A DNA stretch of 64,000 nucleotides from Bdellovibrionota bacterium. GTDB lineage: Bacteria; Bdellovibrionota; UBA1018; CAIPTA01; JAALKR01. Below are positions 59,254-64,000 of the stretch, piece after piece. Below the pieces are notes generated by a model. That model was not told where the DNA came from and did no database searches. It saw nothing but the letters and a program-made list of their open reading frames with translations. The stretch covers positions 1,280,001 to 1,344,000 of the forward strand of contig CBDBMJ010000001.1 in the NCBI GenBank assembly GCA_965207455.1, written 5' to 3'. The stretch's first letter is position 1, and each line of letters begins with the position of its first letter. Position numbers and translations under genes: made by a program.

Positions 59254-59830
59254 AAAAACTTGTTGTGTTGTTGATTGGGACAGCAATGAAAAAAATCTTG
59301 TGATTGCCGTTGAGCTCTCCGACGTTCAATTAGGAGAAAGCATTGCCATAAATGGAACATGTTTAACCGTCACCCAATACACGAGCGAGAACGCCACATT
59401 TTATGTATGTCCAGAGACCATGAATTGCACAAACCTTGGAAATTTAAAAAAGGGAAGCACGGTGAATGTGGAAAGAGCTCTACGTGTGGGAGATCGTATG
59501 TCCGGTCATTGGGTGCAGGGTCATGTGGACGGACTTGCCCAAGTGGTAGACATTCAACCGGATGAGGCTGCCTATGGTCTCACCATTTTATTACCAGAGG
59601 ATTTAAGCATGTATTGTATTCCCAAGGGATCATTAGCCGTCAATGGGGTGAGCCTTACCATACAGTCCATCCACAAAACATCCGTAGTTTTTCAAATTGT
59701 CCCCCATACTTGGAAATGCACTAATTTTTCCCATCTTACACCGGGGGATATGGTAAATGTGGAAACAGATATTTTAACAAAATACATGGAGAAAAGATGT
59801 CAAACTTACAAAGAGCAATTGAGCGTATAA
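59234..59830 (+). CDS. ribE: Riboflavin synthase alpha chain
   Basis: [38 protein letters not shown] (called ribC in E. coli). Confidence 0.96.
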   Translation: MFTGIIEKTCCVVDWDSNEKNLVIAVELSDVQLGESIAINGTCLTVTQYTSENATFYVCPETMNCTNLGNLKKGSTVNVERALRVGDRMSGHWVQGHVDGLAQVVDIQPDEAAYGLTILLPEDLSMYCIPKGSLAVNGVSLTIQSIHKTSVVFQIVPHTWKCTNFSHLTPGDMVNVETDILTKYMEKRCQTYKEQLSV

Positions 59831-61017
59831 AAAACGGAAAAATAATTATCCTTGTGGATGATGAAAATCGAGAAAACGAGGGCGACTTAGTATTTTCCGC
59901 AGAACTAGCCACCCCTGAGAGTATTAATTTTTTAGCCAAGCATGCCCGTGGTTTAATTTGTCTAGCAATGGATAAACAGCGTGTGGATGAATTAAAACTT
60001 CCCATGATGACGGCCAATAACGAGTCCAATCACAACACAGCCTTCACCGTATCTGTGGACGCAAAACATGGCATTAGCACTGGTATTTCCGCAGCCGACC
60101 GTGCCCACACTACTCGTATTATTGCGGACCCTTCCAAGGGATCTCAGGATCTTGTGTCCCCTGGTCACACCTTTCCTCTACGAGCAGAGGAAGGTGGAGT
60201 GCTTGTGCGCACTGGACATACTGAGGGATCGGTGGACCTTATGCGTATGGCTGGTCTTCATCCCACTGCTGTAATCTGTGAAATCATGAACGACGACGGA
60301 ACCATGGCCCGTATGCCCGATTTACAAAAATTCTCCAAAACCCACGACATTCCCATCATTAGCATTAACGATATTATTTCTCGACGACTAGAAACGGAAT
60401 CTCTGGTACAGCAAGTGGCAAAAACCAAACTACCCTGGTCCTATGAAGACACAGAAGATACTTTCAGCATGTATGCTTTTCGTAATAAATTAGACGGTGC
60501 TGAACACTTGGCTCTAGTAAAAGGCTCCATAGAAAACCCAGCCTTAGTTCGAGTGCACTCTGAATGTGTAACGGGAGATGCGCTAGGTTCCTTACGTTGT
60601 GATTGTGGACAGCAGCTGCAAACAGCGCTTAAGCAAATTTCCAATAACGGCAGTGGTGTTCTGGTATATATTCGCAACCATGAAGGACGGGGCATTGGTC
60701 TGACCAATAAAATTCGTGCCTATGCCTTGCAGGATACGGGCATGGATACGGTAGAGGCTAACCACCACTTAGGTTTTAAAACAGATCTGCGCCACTTTGG
60801 TGTTGGTGCTCAGATACTCCTTGCCCTAGGTGTCCATAAAATTCGTTTATTGACGAACAACCCTAAAAAAGTAGTGAGTCTTGGTGGCTATGGCTTGGAA
60901 ATTGTAGAGCGTGTTCCCATTTGTATACAATCCAATCCCCATAACTTTAAATATCTCAGTACGAAACAAAAAAAAATGGGTCACGACTTGGGCTTGGAAC
61001 CAAAGGAAAAGCACTAA
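59797..61017 (+). CDS. ribBA: Bifunctional DHBP synthase/GTP cyclohydrolase II
   Basis: [48 protein letters not shown]. Confidence 0.98.
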   Translation: MSNLQRAIERIKNGKIIILVDDENRENEGDLVFSAELATPESINFLAKHARGLICLAMDKQRVDELKLPMMTANNESNHNTAFTVSVDAKHGISTGISAADRAHTTRIIADPSKGSQDLVSPGHTFPLRAEEGGVLVRTGHTEGSVDLMRMAGLHPTAVICEIMNDDGTMARMPDLQKFSKTHDIPIISINDIISRRLETESLVQQVAKTKLPWSYEDTEDTFSMYAFRNKLDGAEHLALVKGSIENPALVRVHSECVTGDALGSLRCDCGQQLQTALKQISNNGSGVLVYIRNHEGRGIGLTNKIRAYALQDTGMDTVEANHHLGFKTDLRHFGVGAQILLALGVHKIRLLTNNPKKVVSLGGYGLEIVERVPICIQSNPHNFKYLSTKQKKMGHDLGLEPKEKH

Positions 61018-61458
61018 GTGAAGATAGCCATTCTTTCCAGCCAGTACTATCCTGAGGTTTGTGGAGGACTGTTAGAGGGTGCGAAGGTGTTTCTTGCAGA
61101 AAAGGGTTTGCCTCTCGAAGAAAAAAATTGTTTTTTTGCTCCTGGAGCATTTGAAATTCCCTTGCTAGCCCAGGCATTGGCGAAGACAAAAAAATACGAT
61201 GGCATTGTTTGTTTGGGTTGTGTGGTAAAGGGAGAAACGGCGCACTTTGAATACATTAACCTGGGTGTGAGTGTGGGCATCACCCAAGCAGCTCTACAAA
61301 CAGGTGTGCCCATTACTTTTGGTATACTTACCACTTACACAAAGGATGAGGCACTAGCTCGCAGCAGGAGAGATGAAAATAATAAAGGTAGAGAAGCGAT
61401 GGCCGCCTGTTGGGAAGCTATCGCCACTTTAAAAAAAATTACCGCCGACGATCGTTAG
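61018..61458 (+). CDS. ribH: 6,7-dimethyl-8-ribityllumazine synthase
   Basis: PGAFEIP, LGCVVKGETAHFEYI, FGILTT, NKG.EA. Confidence 0.97.
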   Translation: MKIAILSSQYYPEVCGGLLEGAKVFLAEKGLPLEEKNCFFAPGAFEIPLLAQALAKTKKYDGIVCLGCVVKGETAHFEYINLGVSVGITQAALQTGVPITFGILTTYTKDEALARSRRDENNKGREAMAACWEAIATLKKITADDR

Positions 61459-63358
61459 AATTACCATATTCATAGTTAGAGGTATCTTGGTAGGAGTAAC
61501 TACTAAATCCTCCCGTAGAATAGTGTTCGTCTAGGCGCTGCTGACTCTCGTAGTAATTCCGTTCCGCATCTTCATAGGCTTGTTGAGAACTGTATAAACT
61601 ATTTCTTAGAGCGCTTTCTGTACTACGGAACCTCTCCTCTTGAGCTCTTCTTTCCCTTTCCCAACGATCACGCTCGTATCCGCCATTCTGCCTGTAGTTA
61701 GAAAAACCTGGGTTATAGCCACGAAAGCCTCCCGCACCTCTAGGGTTAAAATTGCGACCATAGTATGGTCCGTAGGTATTGCCTGGTCCGGGAAAACCGT
61801 GTCTCCATCCGCCGCCGCCGCCGCCGCCATGACCATAGGGATAACCCCCACCAGGACCATAAAAACCTCCACCACCGGGATAACCGAGGCCTCCACCGAA
61901 ACCTCCACGAAAGCCTCCACCACCGGGATAACCGAAGCCTCCACCGAGACCTCCGCCAAAGCCTCCACGGAAACCTCCACCTATGCCTGCACCAAAGCCA
62001 ATACCGGGATAACCCCCACCAGGACCATAAAAACCTCCACCACCGGGATAACCGAAACCTCCACGAAAGCCTCCACCAATGCCTGCATTGAAACCTCCAC
62101 CAGGATAGCCGAAACCTCCACCAAAACCAGGATAACCGAGACCTCCACCGAGACCTCCACGAAAGCCTCCACCAATGCCTGCATTGAAACCTCCACCAGG
62201 ATAGCCGAAACCTCCACCAAAACCAGGATAACCGAGACCTCCACCGAAACCTCCACGAAAGCCTATACCTGCACCGAAGCCAATACCGGGATAGCCACCG
62301 AAGCCTCCACCGAAACCAGGATAACCGAAACCTCCACCGAGACCTCCACGGAAGCCTCCACCTATACCTGCACCAAAGCCAATACCGGGATAACCGAAAC
62401 CTCCACCGCCGAAGCCGCCATAGCCGCCTCCACCGAAACCCGCACCCGCACCGAAACCTGCGCCTCCACCGAAACCGCCCTGGAGACCTCCGCCAAGGAG
62501 ACCAAAAGCGCCTGCTCCCATCGCAGCACCACCACCGTTCATAGCAGCCAATGCAAAAGCAGTTGTTCCCAATGTAGTTCCAAGAATACCTCCATAGCCT
62601 TGCGATGGCTGGCAGGGTACTCCTAACTGAGTACAGGTGTCTGTGTAGCGACGATAATCCTGCTTTTGACTGTTAACACCCCAAATTGAAGCTCCTATAC
62701 CTAATGCTCCAACGAGGAGGCTTGGCCAATGTTTACTAAACCAACCTTCTTTTTCACCACCACCATCGCCATAATCGTCGTCTCCTTTATTGGCACAGTC
62801 TGTGCAGATGAGATCTTCTTCTTTTACTGAGTCGCCTTTTGCTACTTCATCCCCACCTGTATCACCCTCAAGTAAGCTTTCTTCTGTTTCAATTTCGCCT
62901 CCATCGTCGCCTTCAGCCTTATCAGAATCTCCAGTTTCATCAAGCTCTGCAGCCTTAGCCTCATCAGCAGCCTTTTGAAGCTCCTCTTCTCGCTTAGCAA
63001 GTTCCCCAACTAGGTCGCCTAGATCATCTACTTTTCTTTTACAGTCCTTGAGTGTTTCTGATGCTGAAGTCGATGCGTCCCCACGGTCGATTGCACCCCC
63101 CAATGCTTCACACAAGTCATATAAATGATTCCCATTTCTCGTTAAGATACCTGCTTCCTTATCGGAAACCTTTAGATCCGTCATTCCCTGAATAAACTCT
63201 GAAGTGAGTCTTTTTTCTATTCTTGATATTTCAACTAATTTTTCTTCTACGTTTACTTCTTCTTGTACTTTTGCTTTTGTTGTTGTTTGCGCATAAGATC
63301 CGACAGGAAAGTTTATTAAGGATACTACAAGCATATAGATTAATAGTTTCTTCATCAT
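61439..63358 (-). CDS. Exported/membrane-anchored protein with a long Gly-Phe-Tyr-Pro-Arg low-complexity repeat domain
   Basis: AGGAG RBS, signal peptide, acidic helical domain, TM segment, roughly 250 aa of GGGFGYPG/GGGFRGG repeats. Confidence 0.8.
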   Translation of the reverse strand: MMKKLLIYMLVVSLINFPVGSYAQTTTKAKVQEEVNVEEKLVEISRIEKRLTSEFIQGMTDLKVSDKEAGILTRNGNHLYDLCEALGGAIDRGDASTSASETLKDCKRKVDDLGDLVGELAKREEELQKAADEAKAAELDETGDSDKAEGDDGGEIETEESLLEGDTGGDEVAKGDSVKEEDLICTDCANKGDDDYGDGGGEKEGWFSKHWPSLLVGALGIGASIWGVNSQKQDYRRYTDTCTQLGVPCQPSQGYGGILGTTLGTTAFALAAMNGGGAAMGAGAFGLLGGGLQGGFGGGAGFGAGAGFGGGGYGGFGGGGFGYPGIGFGAGIGGGFRGGLGGGFGYPGFGGGFGGYPGIGFGAGIGFRGGFGGGLGYPGFGGGFGYPGGGFNAGIGGGFRGGLGGGLGYPGFGGGFGYPGGGFNAGIGGGFRGGFGYPGGGGFYGPGGGYPGIGFGAGIGGGFRGGFGGGLGGGFGYPGGGGFRGGFGGGLGYPGGGGFYGPGGGYPYGHGGGGGGGWRHGFPGPGNTYGPYYGRNFNPRGAGGFRGYNPGFSNYRQNGGYERDRWERERRAQEERFRSTESALRNSLYSSQQAYEDAERNYYESQQRLDEHYSTGGFSSYSYQDTSNYEYGNSNDRRR

Positions 63359-63546
63359 TTTCTCCTAAACTATTGCTTTAATCGAGAGCACACATTTGTA
63401 TGACTGCTCGGCTAATTGCAAGGAAGTGTTACTAACACATATATCTTCTTTATTTTACACAAAAAACAAGAAGATGGATACCCTTTCCATGGGGAATATT
63501 TACTAGAACAGTATGGAAGTACACGTTTTTATGTGAGAAATTTTGA

Positions 63547-64000
63547 CTATCGCAGCTTGGCTCGTCGAAAGCCTCCAATGGTGGACACAATGGCCTTTGC
63601 TAGTTTTGCATCTTCAGAAAAAACTTCGTCGATATCTTCATCCTTAAAAAGGTATTGAATTACCCATTCGGCCACATATTTAATCGGGCGTTGGAAATAA
63701 AGACCATCCACTTCGTACTCTCCGTGCTTGGAAAGCCAGGATTGCCTTACCGTACGGTAGGCTTCTCCTCCACTGAGGTGGAGTTCATCGAGGGCTTCAT
63801 TTTTACTTCCAATGGATTCCAGTACTTCGCTTTCCATATCCTCTTGGGTGCTAACTTGGGGCAAAATTTCTGTGGCAAAGCGTTCCAAAAGTTCATTGCG
63901 ACGCTCCATATTGATCGAAATCATACGTTGGGACTCCAGTCGCCTCAAAATACTCTGACACAAAAGTTTTACGCTCTCAAAGTCCGTTTGGTTAGCTGTT
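63547..64000 (-). CDS. DUF507-like protein, N-terminus beyond the window edge
   Basis: Frame is open to the window end; C-terminal I.YLFKDEDIDEVFSEDAKL..AI pattern. Confidence 0.55.
   Translation of the reverse strand, partial: TANQTDFESVKLLCQSILRRLESQRMISINMERRNELLERFATEILPQVSTQEDMESEVLESIGSKNEALDELHLSGGEAYRTVRQSWLSKHGEYEVDGLYFQRPIKYVAEWVIQYLFKDEDIDEVFSEDAKLAKAIVSTIGGFRRAKLR

Noticed and set aside
61845..62480. Repetitive DNA considered as a CRISPR array
   Set aside because: The repeats are in-frame coding units with no constant repeat/unique spacer structure, and there are no cas genes.
61640..62626. 328-aa Thr/Ser/Glu-rich plus-strand ORF, and other overlapping ORFs at 61606-62256
   Set aside because: Antisense or alternate-frame shadows of the Gly-codon repeats; the minus-strand gene has the RBS and signal peptide.
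1..64000. tRNA, rRNA, riboswitches, IS elements, prophage
   Set aside because: None recognised by eye; tRNAscan-SE/Infernal/ISEScan would be needed to exclude them formally.

Overview
Bacterial chromosomal window, probably from a Bdellovibrionota/Oligoflexia-like organism. That assignment is inferred from gene content: the rpsF-DUF2232-rplI-dnaB order, a prepilin-like fibre gene, a DUF507-like gene and a REC-GGDEF protein. The backbone is housekeeping: msrAB, argS, rnhB, oligoendopeptidase F, trmD-RNA methyltransferase-rplS, rpsF-rplI-dnaB, glmU-glmS, rnc-era-der-ribD-ribE-ribBA-ribH. Two AT-rich accessory regions stand out. (1) At about 15.1-21.9 kb is a tandemly duplicated, partly decayed cassette of [membrane protein + Ig-like/BspA-type LRR surface lipoprotein]. 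(2) At about 34.7-51.75 kb is a 17-kb defence island starting 3 bp after the glmS stop. It encodes an SspABCD-type DNA phosphorothioation module but no recognisable sspE or pglZ, and nothing I can assign to sspFGH. Instead it carries a PT-associated methyltransferase, a PLD nuclease, a tandem-TerB protein, an SF2 helicase, a MORC/GHKL ATPase, and a PbeBCD-like trio (an unannotated 55-aa ORF, a CxC SMC-like ATPase and a small protein). This composite is the best candidate for an undescribed system. Several genes, including the normally essential glmS, carry single-base homopolymer indels, so many frameshifts are probably assembly errors. No rRNA, tRNA, CRISPR array, integrase or transposase was recognised. 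All family assignments come from reading motifs by eye; no database searches were run.
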